From assembly GCA_034669905.1 (NCBI GenBank), contig JAXMOL010000001.1, positions 160,001 through 224,000 on the forward strand: a stretch of DNA of 64,000 bases. The letters run 5' to 3'. The stretch comes from Candidatus Hydrogenedentota bacterium (GTDB lineage Bacteria > Hydrogenedentota > Hydrogenedentia > Hydrogenedentales > JAEUWI01). The notes below the pieces were generated by a model, which was not told where the DNA came from, did no database searches, and worked only from the letters and a program-made list of their open reading frames with translations. The position numbers were made by a program, and so were the translations under genes. Positions 9,146-18,672 of this stretch are shown in pieces. The stretch's first letter is position 1; each line of letters opens with the position of its first letter.

Positions 9146-10657
9146 ATGAGCACGGTAGCCGAGTTGCAGGAAGCCACGTTGCGGGAACGCGCGGAAGCCG
9201 AAAAACACTATGGGGACCTCCTCTACTTCTACGGTGTCCAGCGCAATCTGGAGGCCATGGACGCGCTCCTGCCGGATATCGATCCGAAAAACCAGTCGGA
9301 CCTGTTGGTCTTTGAACTCTTCCAGGGGACAGAGGCCACGGCCCTGGTGGCGATGCTCCAGGACGACGCGGCGGACTGGGTTCGCTACAGCCTGCTGAAG
9401 GGCCTGCTGAAAGCCGGTGCCTTCGATAGCGCGATGGACGTGTGGCGGAAAGCCATCCAATGGCAGAATCCGGATCTGCTCCTCGCCAACACCCTGCTGC
9501 AATATGCATTGAAGAACGGGCGCTTTGACGTTGCCGGTCAGCTACTGTCCGCATCGGAAACACTTGCACCAGCCCAGGCTGAATTGGATGCCTGGCGGCA
9601 ACAGATACAGTCCAAAACCACCAGCGGCACCCGGGTCCTTTGCCTGGAGCCCCTGCCATCACCGACTGCCGTGGCCTTTCTCTTGAGCACGCGGGATGCT
9701 GCCCCCTATCTGGCGGACACCCTCGGCGGCATTTGCGCCCAGAGTCACCCCATTGCCGACATCCTCGTGGTAGACGACGGTGCCATCAAAGAGCTGGCGG
9801 CGCTCCAATCGACCTATCCCTTTCGCATTCTCCGAGACGAAGGAGGCAGTATGCCCGCCGACGTGACGGCCACCCATTTCGCGTCGGTACCTGCGAATGC
9901 GGCACCCGCCGTCGACTTCGTACAACAGTTTGTACTGGCACTGGAAAACGGTCCCGAGCATATCCGTAGCGCTTCAGGCCGCATCGAAGACTTCTACCAG
10001 GATTCCCCGGGCGACCGCTGGCGGGTTATTCGCATGACCCACGCCATGCCGGAAAAGCGGGCGACCGGTACCGATGCGCCCCACAGCGAAGCCACCTTTC
10101 AACCCCGCACGGCCAATCCAGCGGGCACGCGACTCTATCTTCCCGAGGCCGTGGCCTGTGGCTTACAACAGGACACGGTCGATAGCGCCCTCACGGCGCG
10201 GTGGAAATCCCGCCTTCCGGAACGGAACGAAGCCGGTCACTTTAAGGACGGTGCGGCCCTGGTGGCTTCCTTCGACGAGCACCTGAAGCAGTGTATCGCC
10301 TTTATCAGTGACGACGTGGACGAGGGCCGTACGAGCCTGGTCTTCCCCGATTTTCTCTCGCTCTATCATGCCGTGGCGATGGATGCCCAGATTGCTATGG
10401 CGCGGGGCCTTTTTGATGAGGGGACGGCCGCCTATATCCAGCAACAGGTCATTCTATCCATCCAGGAACTGGATAAGGAATACCAGCGTAATTTGGTTAA
10501 GAAAGTGCGGGAGGCCCTCGGCGAGCGGCTGCTGAGCAGCACCCAGGCGCCCGACGTCTCCCCCGCGGTGTCGCAGGCCCTCGCGGCCTTCATACAGGAT
10601 CTGAACGCCCTCTACAACGGCGTTCCCCAGGACCTCTATCTCGCGATTTACGGCTGA
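9146..10657 (+). CDS. Hypothetical protein with helical N-terminus and degenerate GT2-like domain
   Basis: 503-aa ORF. 'AAPYLADTLGGICAQSHPIADILVVDDG' resembles a GT2 N-terminus, but no DxD is at the expected position. Confidence 0.6.
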   Translation: MSTVAELQEATLRERAEAEKHYGDLLYFYGVQRNLEAMDALLPDIDPKNQSDLLVFELFQGTEATALVAMLQDDAADWVRYSLLKGLLKAGAFDSAMDVWRKAIQWQNPDLLLANTLLQYALKNGRFDVAGQLLSASETLAPAQAELDAWRQQIQSKTTSGTRVLCLEPLPSPTAVAFLLSTRDAAPYLADTLGGICAQSHPIADILVVDDGAIKELAALQSTYPFRILRDEGGSMPADVTATHFASVPANAAPAVDFVQQFVLALENGPEHIRSASGRIEDFYQDSPGDRWRVIRMTHAMPEKRATGTDAPHSEATFQPRTANPAGTRLYLPEAVACGLQQDTVDSALTARWKSRLPERNEAGHFKDGAALVASFDEHLKQCIAFISDDVDEGRTSLVFPDFLSLYHAVAMDAQIAMARGLFDEGTAAYIQQQVILSIQELDKEYQRNLVKKVREALGERLLSSTQAPDVSPAVSQALAAFIQDLNALYNGVPQDLYLAIYG

Positions 10658-10812
10658 GGGATTTGGTCAGCACTACGTTTTCGACTTACAGGGCAAGACT
10701 ATGCCACGTTGATGTTGAATCTGGCTCGTTTTAACAAGGCGGCAATCACATTCCGCAAGATAGGACCGATATCCGATTGGAGAGTTCGCTTTTACCAACT
10801 ATCTAAAACCCC

Positions 10813-11008
10813 GTGCCACGCGATGCCGAGTATTACGAGGTTTCGTGTGCGTGGAGGAAAGGCGTACTTCGCTCCATAAGACCCAATGAGTGCGGGCGTC
10901 CGAAACCGCTCGGAGGGAAAGACGCCCGAATTGAATCATCAACTGTGGCCCACGACCACCAGGGCTCCATGCACACGAAATCTCGCAGGGCTCGCTATCG
11001 CGTGGCAC
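10813..11008 (+). ncRNA. Candidate structured ncRNA, 6S-like rod (alternatively a MITE-like element)
   Basis: 44-bp ungapped closing stem, 10813-10856 with 10965-11008 (36 WC, 5 G-U, 3 mismatches), a central bubble and an apical stem CGGGCGTC/GACGCCCG. 196 nt, intergenic. Confidence 0.5.
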
Positions 11009-11099
11009 CGGAACAACCAATACAACGCATTGGCATACCACCACCTGCTTGGAATGTTTACTTTGACCAATCGTACAGGCATTTTTAAGGAAGTACACC

Positions 11100-11723
11100 A
11101 TGGAATCATCGCCCCCGCCTCGCCGCTTTGCGTGGAAAACCTTGCTCATCGGGGCCCTCATCGGCATGGGTCTCGGCGGTGTCGGCCTGGCAGCCCTGCT
11201 TCTCGGCTCCTATGCCTTTTTCAACCAGCAATCCGTCAAGAAGATCGCCGATACCAAGGAGTTGAAGCCCCTCCTGCTCCGGGCCGATTTTGATTGGGCC
11301 GTAACCGACCTGCAGGGGCAGACCGTAGATCTGAAGCAGCAGGTTGGAAAAACGACCTTGCTCCACTTCTGGAATCCCACCTGCGTCTCCTGCATCGCCG
11401 AAATTCCGAGTCTGAATACCCTCTATGACACGTTCGCGCCGCAGGGGCTGGAAGTCGTGGCGGTGGCGCTCCATGGCGAAGGCGATTTGGCGGGCGATGT
11501 GGCCATGCACAACATCCGTTTTCCCGTTTACACGGTGGACCGGAGTGTCATCCCGCCGGTATTCAACACCCGCGCCCTGCCCACCACCTACCTCATCGAC
11601 ACCGAAGGCTTTGTGGCCCTCCATCACACGGGGGCCGTGGACTGGTCGGAGGGCGATGCCGCTGCCTTCCTGGAACGACTGCTGGCCCCCCCGGAACCCC
11701 GCGCTGACGTTGCGTCAAACTGA
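11100..11723 (+). CDS. TlpA/ResA-like thioredoxin-fold disulfide reductase, membrane anchored
   Basis: N-terminal TM; 'LLHFWNPTCVSCIAEIPSL' (CxxC); 'ALPTTYLIDTEG'. Confidence 0.85.
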   Translation: MESSPPPRRFAWKTLLIGALIGMGLGGVGLAALLLGSYAFFNQQSVKKIADTKELKPLLLRADFDWAVTDLQGQTVDLKQQVGKTTLLHFWNPTCVSCIAEIPSLNTLYDTFAPQGLEVVAVALHGEGDLAGDVAMHNIRFPVYTVDRSVIPPVFNTRALPTTYLIDTEGFVALHHTGAVDWSEGDAAAFLERLLAPPEPRADVASN

Positions 11724-11736
11724 GACAGGCAACCCC

Positions 11737-12102
11737 ATGAAAATCGAAGAACTACGCAGTGAAATACTTCGGGTAAGTACAGAAGATGGTCACCCCGCGA
11801 GCGTCTTTGACGCCTTGGTCTGTGACTGTGGCTCCGAAACCTTTACCCTCTTCTCTGATGAGAAGGTGGGTGGGGCGCTGGCCGTGTGCAGTGAATGCGA
11901 AGCCAACCACTCCATCTACGATACGGCGGACTTCCTGGAGGACATCGGACAAAACATCTGCGCCTGTGAACACGATGTCTTGCGCCTGATGGTGGGATTC
12001 ACCCTGGATGGAGAGGGGGAAAACGCCGACTGGGTCTATGTGGGCGCGGAATGCACCCACTGCGGCCTCGTCGGGGTCTTCGTGGACTGGGAAGAAGTCT
12101 AG
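11737..12102 (+). CDS. Acidic Cys-rich hypothetical protein (probable double zinc ribbon, 121 aa)
   Basis: ATG 14 nt after the TlpA stop; CDC, CSEC, CAC and CTHC motifs. Confidence 0.65.
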   Translation: MKIEELRSEILRVSTEDGHPASVFDALVCDCGSETFTLFSDEKVGGALAVCSECEANHSIYDTADFLEDIGQNICACEHDVLRLMVGFTLDGEGENADWVYVGAECTHCGLVGVFVDWEEV

Positions 12103-12117
12103 GCGGCGCAGCGGCCC

Positions 12118-12873
12118 TTACGCGGGCACGAAGGGCTGCCCGACGTTGTGTTCGATGAAGGCGTCCACGAGGTCGGCGTTGAAGCGTTCGCCCCGCTCTT
12201 CCTTCAGATGGGCCAGGGCATCCTCGTGGCGCGCATGTTTACTCCGATAGTGGCGGGGACTCGTCATGGCGCAATACACATCGAGAATTTTCATCATAAG
12301 GGCCAATTTCGGTACGGCCTCTTTCTCCAGGCCTTCCGGATACCCTTCGCCATTCCAGCACTCGTGGTGGTAACGCACAATCTCAACCACATCCGTATGG
12401 CATCCGTGGGCCACCAGCATGTCCGCACCCATGGTGGTGTGGGCCTGCAACAGCAGCCAGTCGTCGTAGCTGAGTACCGATTTCTTTAGCAGGACCTCGT
12501 TGCTGATGAGAATTTTCCCCACATCGATGAGCAGGGCGCCCCGTGCCAACGCGGAAAGTTCATCATCGTCCAAGCCCACGGCCTGTCCAAAACGAAGGGC
12601 ATGTTCCTGAAGTCGTTTTGCCGAACCCTGGACCCGCCCCTCGCGGCAGTCGACCGCTTCGGCCAGCAGGTGGAGCACCCCGTCATTGGCGGTGGCTACG
12701 GCCAGGGCAGCGGAAAGCGAATCAGCGTCTGCAGGCCCCAACACAGCACTGCTACCCGGGGGCACGACCCCGCCCGCGTCTGCAAATTTCAGCTGGGCCC
12801 CCTGGGCGTCGGCGGCTTTGATGAGGGCTTCATGTGCGCTGGCGTCACCAATCACTGCAATACGCTTCAACAT
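12118..12873 (-). CDS. HD-GYP domain protein with degenerate HD dyad
   Basis: 'HHECWNGEGYP' is present, but 'ALLIDVGK' replaces LHDIGK. AGGAG RBS precedes ATG 12873. Confidence 0.82.
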   Translation of the reverse strand: MLKRIAVIGDASAHEALIKAADAQGAQLKFADAGGVVPPGSSAVLGPADADSLSAALAVATANDGVLHLLAEAVDCREGRVQGSAKRLQEHALRFGQAVGLDDDELSALARGALLIDVGKILISNEVLLKKSVLSYDDWLLLQAHTTMGADMLVAHGCHTDVVEIVRYHHECWNGEGYPEGLEKEAVPKLALMMKILDVYCAMTSPRHYRSKHARHEDALAHLKEERGERFNADLVDAFIEHNVGQPFVPA

Positions 12874-13023
12874 CCCGTTCTCCTGTAGCAATCTGCGGGT
12901 ACGACGTGTCGGGCCATGGTAGCAAGCTGGAACGTAAACAGCAACTTGAATTCACCCCGTGGCTGCCGTAGGATCATAGCTTCGCCGCTCCCGGCACCCC
13001 CTCCATTGACCAGGTAGTACCCC

Positions 13024-15162
13024 ATGATTTCACTAAATCCAGAGCAACAGGCGGCCGTGACGGCACCCGATGGCCCCAATCTCGTGCTGGCCGGTGCCGG
13101 CAGCGGGAAAACCCGCGTCATCATTGAGCGTATGGCCTGGCTCGTGGAAGAGCAGGGCATCGACGCCCGCTTCATCCTGGCGCTCACCTTTACCAACAAG
13201 GCAGCCGCCGAAATGAAGGAGCGGCTCCAGCAGCGCCTCGACGTCGATCGGGTGGCTTCCTGGCTGGGCACCTTCCACAGTTTCGGGCTCTTCCTGCTCC
13301 GTCGCGAGATGGAAGTGCTCGGACGAAAGCGCCATTTCACGATTTTTGATAGTGCCGACCAGCTGAGCCTGATGAAACGGCTCGTAAAGGACCTCCCCGC
13401 TAATCTGGAGAAAGTATCCCCTCGGGATGCCCTCAACTGGATTAGTCGGCTCAAGCAGGATGTGGAAGGCCCCGATATGGCTTCGGAGCCGGAAGATGCT
13501 GCGGAGGAAAGCTATCGCCACCTCTGGACGGCCTACCACACCGCGTTGGAAGGGGCCTCGGCCGTCGATTTCGACGATTTGCTGGTGTTGACCGTGAAGG
13601 TACTCCGCGATCACCCGGAGGTGCGGGAAAAATACCAGCGCCGCTACCGCCATGTGCTCATCGATGAGTATCAGGACACCAACCGCGCGCAGTACCTAAT
13701 CGCCCGCTTCCTCTGCGAGGGACATGGCAATATTTTCGCCGTGGGTGATGAAGATCAGAGCATCTACTCCTGGCGCGGTGCCGATATCAACAATATCCTC
13801 GACTTTTCGGAAGACTTTCCGGAAGCTACTGTGGTGCGCCTGGAGCAAAATTACCGCAGCACGCGGGCCATCCTCGACGTGGCGAACAATGTGGTGAAGC
13901 ACAATGTGAATCGCCTCGGGAAGAAGTTGCGCACGGACAATGACACGGGAAGTCGGGTCGGGTTCTACCGCGCGGAAACGGGCGAGGATGAGGCCCGGTT
14001 CGTCTTGCAACATATCATCAAGAACGATTATCCCCCTGCGGACGTGGCCATTCTCTACCGGACCAATAACCAGGCAAAGCTGATGGAAGATGCCCTGCTG
14101 AGCAAGGGCCTCCACTACACCATCGTCGGCGGCATCAAATTCTACAGCCGCAAAGAAATTAAAGATGTCCTTGCCTATCTGCGGGTACTCGCCAACCCCG
14201 ACGATGACGAAGCGCTGCGCCGTATTATCAACGTGCCGGCCCGCGGCATCGGGGCGACCACCCAGCAACGGCTGGAGGAGTATGCCAAGGCCCGCAATTG
14301 CACGGTGCTGCAGGTCATGCGCGACATAGAGCTCGATGAAACACTGCCCGGGCGCGCCCGCAAGTCTTCGGCGGAACTGGTCCAGCTGATTGACGATTTG
14401 GCCATCGAAGCGAAGGGAGGCGACCTGGCCCCCCTGGTCGAAAAGCTGCTCGAAGAAACGGGCTACCGCGATTTTGTGCAGCAGAGCGACGAGAAAGACT
14501 ACCGCACCCGCCTGGATACGCTGGATGAGTTTGTGGTTTCCTGCAGCACCCACGACGCCAAAGGGGGCAAAGGGCTCCTGCCCTTTCTCCAGGATTTGTC
14601 GCTCCTGTCGGATGTGGATGGCTGGGATGAACAGGCCCCCGCCGTGACGTTGATGACCTGCCACAGTGCCAAAGGGCTGGAATTCGACTATGTCTACCTC
14701 ATCGGGCTGGAAGAGGGACTCCTTCCTTTCGGGGTGGATTTTGACGAAGAAGCGGATCTGGAAGAAGAACGGCGACTTTGCTATGTGGCCATGACCCGTG
14801 CGCGCAAGGGCCTGGTGCTGACGGCGGCCGAGTCGCGCATGATCTATGGCCGCACCCATAACAACCGGCAACTCTCCCGTTTCATTGGGGAGGCCGGCAC
14901 CGATCGGCTGGAGCCGCTGAATGAAAAGAAACGGTCCGCCCCCCGGAAAACGCCCCCCGCCCGCAGCACGGAACCGGCACCGGAAGGGGCCTACAAGGTA
15001 GGCACCCGGGTCCGACATGCAAAGTTCGGCCCCGGTACGGTAATGTACACGGCGGGATCGGGTGCCAAACTGAAAGTACGGGTTCGTTTCAGCACGGGAC
15101 GAACCGCCATGTTGCTGGCCAACATGGCCCCCCTGGAAATTGTGGAAGGAAAAGGCCGCTGA
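13024..15162 (+). CDS. pcrA: ATP-dependent DNA helicase PcrA/UvrD
   Basis: 'LAGAGSGKT', 'TFTNKAA', 'LIDEYQDTN', 'VGDEDQSIYSWRGA', 'EQNYRST', 'HSAKGLEF', 'EERRLCYVAMTRA', C-terminal Tudor-like 'RVRHAKFGPG'. Confidence 0.95.
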   Translation: MISLNPEQQAAVTAPDGPNLVLAGAGSGKTRVIIERMAWLVEEQGIDARFILALTFTNKAAAEMKERLQQRLDVDRVASWLGTFHSFGLFLLRREMEVLGRKRHFTIFDSADQLSLMKRLVKDLPANLEKVSPRDALNWISRLKQDVEGPDMASEPEDAAEESYRHLWTAYHTALEGASAVDFDDLLVLTVKVLRDHPEVREKYQRRYRHVLIDEYQDTNRAQYLIARFLCEGHGNIFAVGDEDQSIYSWRGADINNILDFSEDFPEATVVRLEQNYRSTRAILDVANNVVKHNVNRLGKKLRTDNDTGSRVGFYRAETGEDEARFVLQHIIKNDYPPADVAILYRTNNQAKLMEDALLSKGLHYTIVGGIKFYSRKEIKDVLAYLRVLANPDDDEALRRIINVPARGIGATTQQRLEEYAKARNCTVLQVMRDIELDETLPGRARKSSAELVQLIDDLAIEAKGGDLAPLVEKLLEETGYRDFVQQSDEKDYRTRLDTLDEFVVSCSTHDAKGGKGLLPFLQDLSLLSDVDGWDEQAPAVTLMTCHSAKGLEFDYVYLIGLEEGLLPFGVDFDEEADLEEERRLCYVAMTRARKGLVLTAAESRMIYGRTHNNRQLSRFIGEAGTDRLEPLNEKKRSAPRKTPPARSTEPAPEGAYKVGTRVRHAKFGPGTVMYTAGSGAKLKVRVRFSTGRTAMLLANMAPLEIVEGKGR

Positions 15163-16229
15163 TGTTAGAAGAGTGTCGCAACGAAATTGACCGCATCGAC
15201 GGAGAAATTGTACGTCTGCTGAATGAGCGGGCGGGATTCGCTCAGAAAATCGGCGATATTAAGAAAGAGGCCAATGCGCCCATCTATGTGCCGGAGCGCG
15301 AAAAGGCGGTGAAGGACAAGCTGGCGGCCCTCAACGGGGGCCCCCTGCCCGATACGGCGATGCAAGCCATCTACCGCGAGATCATCAGCGCCATGATCGC
15401 CCTGGAGCGCCCCATTAGTGTGGCCTTCCTGGGGCCTCGGGACACCTTCAGCCACATGGCGGCCACCAATGTCTTCGGCGGTTCGGCCGAATACCATCCC
15501 CTGCCCTCTTTTTCCGACATATTCACCGAAGTGGAGCGCGGGCGCATCGACTATGGCATTGTGCCCGTGGAAAGCTCCATGGGCGGCTCGGTGAGTGATA
15601 CGCAAGACCGTTTTATCACGTCGGATCTCAAAATCATCAACGAGATCATGCTCCACATCACGCAGAACCTCCTCTCCAACACGCCGTTGGGTGAGGTGAA
15701 ACGGGTCTACTCGAAAGACAATGCGCTGCTCCAGTGCCGCAACTGGCTGCGCGCCAACGTGCCCATGGCAGAGCTCATTGAGACGTCCAGCACGGCGGAA
15801 GCCGCTCGGCGCGCGTCCAATGAAGCGGGTGCGGCCGCGATAGCGAGCAAAATGGCCGCCGAAACCTACAATCTGGGACTTGTCGCCGAGCGCATTGAAG
15901 ATGCCCCCCACAATTTCACCCGATTCCTGGTCTTAGGCCGACAAATCGTAAAACCCACGGGCGACGACAAAACGTCGCTGATGGTATCTATCAAGGACAA
16001 GCCCGGGGCCCTTTTCAACTTGTTGACCCCCTTTTCCGATGCCGATATCTCGTTGACCCGCATTGAGTCACGCCCTTCTCAGAAAAAAGCCTGGGAATAT
16101 GTCTTTTTCATCGATTTGCTGGGCCATATCGACGACGAAAAGGTGCGGGCCGTCATCACCCATCTGGAAGAACAGGTGCACAGCCTGAAGGTCCTGGGCT
16201 CTTTCCCCCGGGCCACGACCATCTGCTGA
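15162..16229 (+). CDS. pheA: Chorismate mutase / prephenate dehydratase (P-protein)
   Basis: CM domain 'RNEIDRIDGEIVRLLNER'; PDT 'AFLGPRDTFS' and 'NFTRFLV'; ACT 'LTRIESRPS'. Confidence 0.95.
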   Translation: MLEECRNEIDRIDGEIVRLLNERAGFAQKIGDIKKEANAPIYVPEREKAVKDKLAALNGGPLPDTAMQAIYREIISAMIALERPISVAFLGPRDTFSHMAATNVFGGSAEYHPLPSFSDIFTEVERGRIDYGIVPVESSMGGSVSDTQDRFITSDLKIINEIMLHITQNLLSNTPLGEVKRVYSKDNALLQCRNWLRANVPMAELIETSSTAEAARRASNEAGAAAIASKMAAETYNLGLVAERIEDAPHNFTRFLVLGRQIVKPTGDDKTSLMVSIKDKPGALFNLLTPFSDADISLTRIESRPSQKKAWEYVFFIDLLGHIDDEKVRAVITHLEEQVHSLKVLGSFPRATTIC

Positions 16230-16430
16230 GACCACACCCATGCGATAGATGCCAGAGGCCCCCGTCAGAGCAAGGGGGCCTTGGCCGACTTTCCCTGCCC
16301 CCCACGCAGGCGTCCGGGCCGCTCCCCATACGCGTGTCTGCGGCCCCCGGTCTGCCGAACGTCTCCTGAGGCCCCCGCCACGCTGCTGTGACCGGGGCGG
16401 GTGCTCTCTCTCTCTCCCCCCTCCAGACAC

Positions 16431-16475
16431 AAAAAAACCGCCTGAGGCAGTCACAGGGACTGCACAGGCGGCTTT
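16431..16475 (-). terminator. Rho-independent terminator of the small ORF at 16491-16637
   Basis: Minus strand GCCGCCTG-TGCAGTC...GACTGC-CTCAGGCGG followed by a T run. Confidence 0.75.
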
Positions 16476-16490
16476 GTAATCGTATTGATC

Positions 16491-16637
16491 TTAGGCTTCG
16501 ATGGCGGGGAAGCCGATGCCCGTAAGGATCGGATTCAGGATGCCAAGGATGAGGCCCGTGATGAAAGCCGTAAGGCTAACCAGGAAACCGTCAGCAACTG
16601 CGCCAGCAATACCGTTCAGAATACCGTTTTCGTACAT
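16491..16637 (-). CDS. Small hydrophobic Gly-rich protein, 48 aa (not in ORF track)
   Basis: AAAGGAG RBS then MYENGILNGIAGAVADGFLVSLTAFITGLILGILNPILTGIGFPAIEA*, followed by a terminator. Confidence 0.75.
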   Translation of the reverse strand: MYENGILNGIAGAVADGFLVSLTAFITGLILGILNPILTGIGFPAIEA

Positions 16638-16822
16638 GTCGTTTCTCCTTTAGTAACTTGATTGTTCCGTACTTCTAGTGTCAACGCCTCCAGAGCGCTT
16701 TCACCATACCTTACCAACGTAGGGTGCAAACGTTACATCCGCTCCGTTAATAATGTTACTGCAAAGCAACGGTCGCATGATGTGGTGTACAGATACGCCA
16801 CAATCACTAGACCTTGCGGAGT

Positions 16823-16852
16823 AGCTTACACGAAAGTTGTCTAAAAAGTCAA
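16823..16852 (-). promoter_or_regulatory. Putative sigma70 promoter for the 48-aa ORF
   Basis: Minus strand TTGACT-N18-TAAGCT in an AT-rich stretch. Confidence 0.4.
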
Positions 16853-17142
16853 TAGTAATTGGAACTTTTTTTCAGATTACGTCATAGTGCCGCCCGCGCA
16901 GGGCGGCACAACTTGGCTTCCTGCCTATGGTTAACGAAACGACGCGGCGATTCTGCCCCAGTGCCCCCGGCTGAAAGCGGGCAGGCGCTCCCATTCAGGA
17001 GAACGGGGTGCCGCCCGGCCAGGGAACCGCCGTTGTATGGCGTTGTGCCCTCCGTTATAATCGCAGGGAGCGCTTGGCAACGAGTTTTTCGGGTCCGGCG
17101 AGACGAGAGAGCACAGAGTAACCAGATGGGGTCGAGGTGAGC

Positions 17143-18648
17143 ATGGGTGAGTTTATTCTTGAAATGAAGGGCATTACGAAGCGTTTTCCCGGCGTCCTCG
17201 CGCTGAACGACGCCCATTTATCGCTCCGTCCGGCGGAAGTGCACTGTTTGCTCGGAGAAAACGGAGCGGGCAAGTCGACCCTGATGAAGATTCTGGCAGG
17301 TGCCCAGCCGCTGGATGAGGGCGAAATCCTCATTGACGGCGAGCCCGTCACCATCCAATCGCCCAACCACGCCCAGGAATTGGGCATCAGCATGATCTAT
17401 CAGGAATTTAACCTGAGCCCCTACATGAGTGTGGCGGAGAATATCTTCCTGGGACGGGAGCCGGTAAAGGGCAAGTCACCCATTATCGACTGGGCCCGCC
17501 TCTATGCAGACGCAGAGGGCATCTTAAAGCGCATTGGCGTTACCCTGGATGTACGGCGTCCGGTTCATGAACTGAGCATTGCCCAGCAGCAGATGGTCGA
17601 AATTGCCAAGGCCCTTTCCATTGACGCCCGGATCATCGTGATGGACGAGCCTTCGGCCACCCTGACGGATCACGAGCTGGAAGCCCTGTTTACCCTGATT
17701 CGCACCCTGAAACACCAGGGTATTGCCCTGGTCTATATTTCCCACCGCATGGAGGAAATCTTTGAGATCGGGGGCCGGGCGACCATCATGCGGGATGGAG
17801 CCCACATCGTCACCAAGGACCTGTGCGACCTGAGCCGGGAGGAAATTATCCAGAAGATGGTCGGCCGGGAATTGAAGGATGAGTTCCCGAAGGAGGTCTT
17901 TCCTGTGGGCACGGAGCGGCTGCGGGTTGAAGGCCTGACCCGTACCGGCCATTTCGAGGATGTGAGCTTTTCACTGCATGAAGGCGAGATCGTTGGATTG
18001 ACCGGATTGGTCGGCGCGGGGCGCACGGAAGTGGCGCGGGCGATTTTCGGGGCCGATCCGGTGGACCGGGGCACGGTGTACCTCAACGGTGAGGCCGTGC
18101 ATATTGCCAGTCCCCGCGATGCGATTGCCCGGGGCATCGGACTCCTTACGGAAGACCGGAAGGGCCAGGGGCTGGTGCTGGGTATGTCGGTGGCAGAAAA
18201 CACCACCCTGGCCAACCTGAAGGCCCTGGTGGGCCGTTTCTTCATGGACCGGAAGCAGGAACGGGACGTAACGAAACAATATATTCAGGAGCTGGCCATC
18301 AAGACCCCCAGCGGTGCCCAGATGGTGCAGAATCTTTCGGGGGGCAACCAACAGAAGGTGGTGTTGGCCAAATGGCTGTATACGAAATCGCGCTTGCTGA
18401 TCTTCGATGAGCCCACGCGGGGCATTGACGTTGGCGCCAAGGTGGAAATCTACAAACTGATGAACGAGCTGGTACGGCAGGGCGTGGCCATCCTGGTGAT
18501 TTCCAGCGAGTTACCGGAGATTCTGGGCATGTGCGACCGTATCCTGGTCATGCACGAGGGACAATTGGCGGGCGAGCTACACCGTGATGGCGCGACGCAG
18601 GAAGACATTATGCGCCTCGCCACGGGGGCCGCGGCCCTATCCGCCTGA
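17143..18648 (+). CDS. Sugar ABC transporter ATP-binding protein (RbsA/MglA type, two NBDs)
   Basis: 'GENGAGKSTLMKIL', 'MDEPSATL', 'LSGGNQQKVVLAKWL', 'DEPTRGIDVGAK'. Confidence 0.93.
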   Translation: MGEFILEMKGITKRFPGVLALNDAHLSLRPAEVHCLLGENGAGKSTLMKILAGAQPLDEGEILIDGEPVTIQSPNHAQELGISMIYQEFNLSPYMSVAENIFLGREPVKGKSPIIDWARLYADAEGILKRIGVTLDVRRPVHELSIAQQQMVEIAKALSIDARIIVMDEPSATLTDHELEALFTLIRTLKHQGIALVYISHRMEEIFEIGGRATIMRDGAHIVTKDLCDLSREEIIQKMVGRELKDEFPKEVFPVGTERLRVEGLTRTGHFEDVSFSLHEGEIVGLTGLVGAGRTEVARAIFGADPVDRGTVYLNGEAVHIASPRDAIARGIGLLTEDRKGQGLVLGMSVAENTTLANLKALVGRFFMDRKQERDVTKQYIQELAIKTPSGAQMVQNLSGGNQQKVVLAKWLYTKSRLLIFDEPTRGIDVGAKVEIYKLMNELVRQGVAILVISSELPEILGMCDRILVMHEGQLAGELHRDGATQEDIMRLATGAAALSA

Positions 18649-18672
18649 GCAGGTCACTCCCCCCCATTCACC

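Noticed and set aside
10813..11008. Retron msr-msd interpretation of the long inverted repeat
   Set aside because: No reverse transcriptase gene lies nearby.
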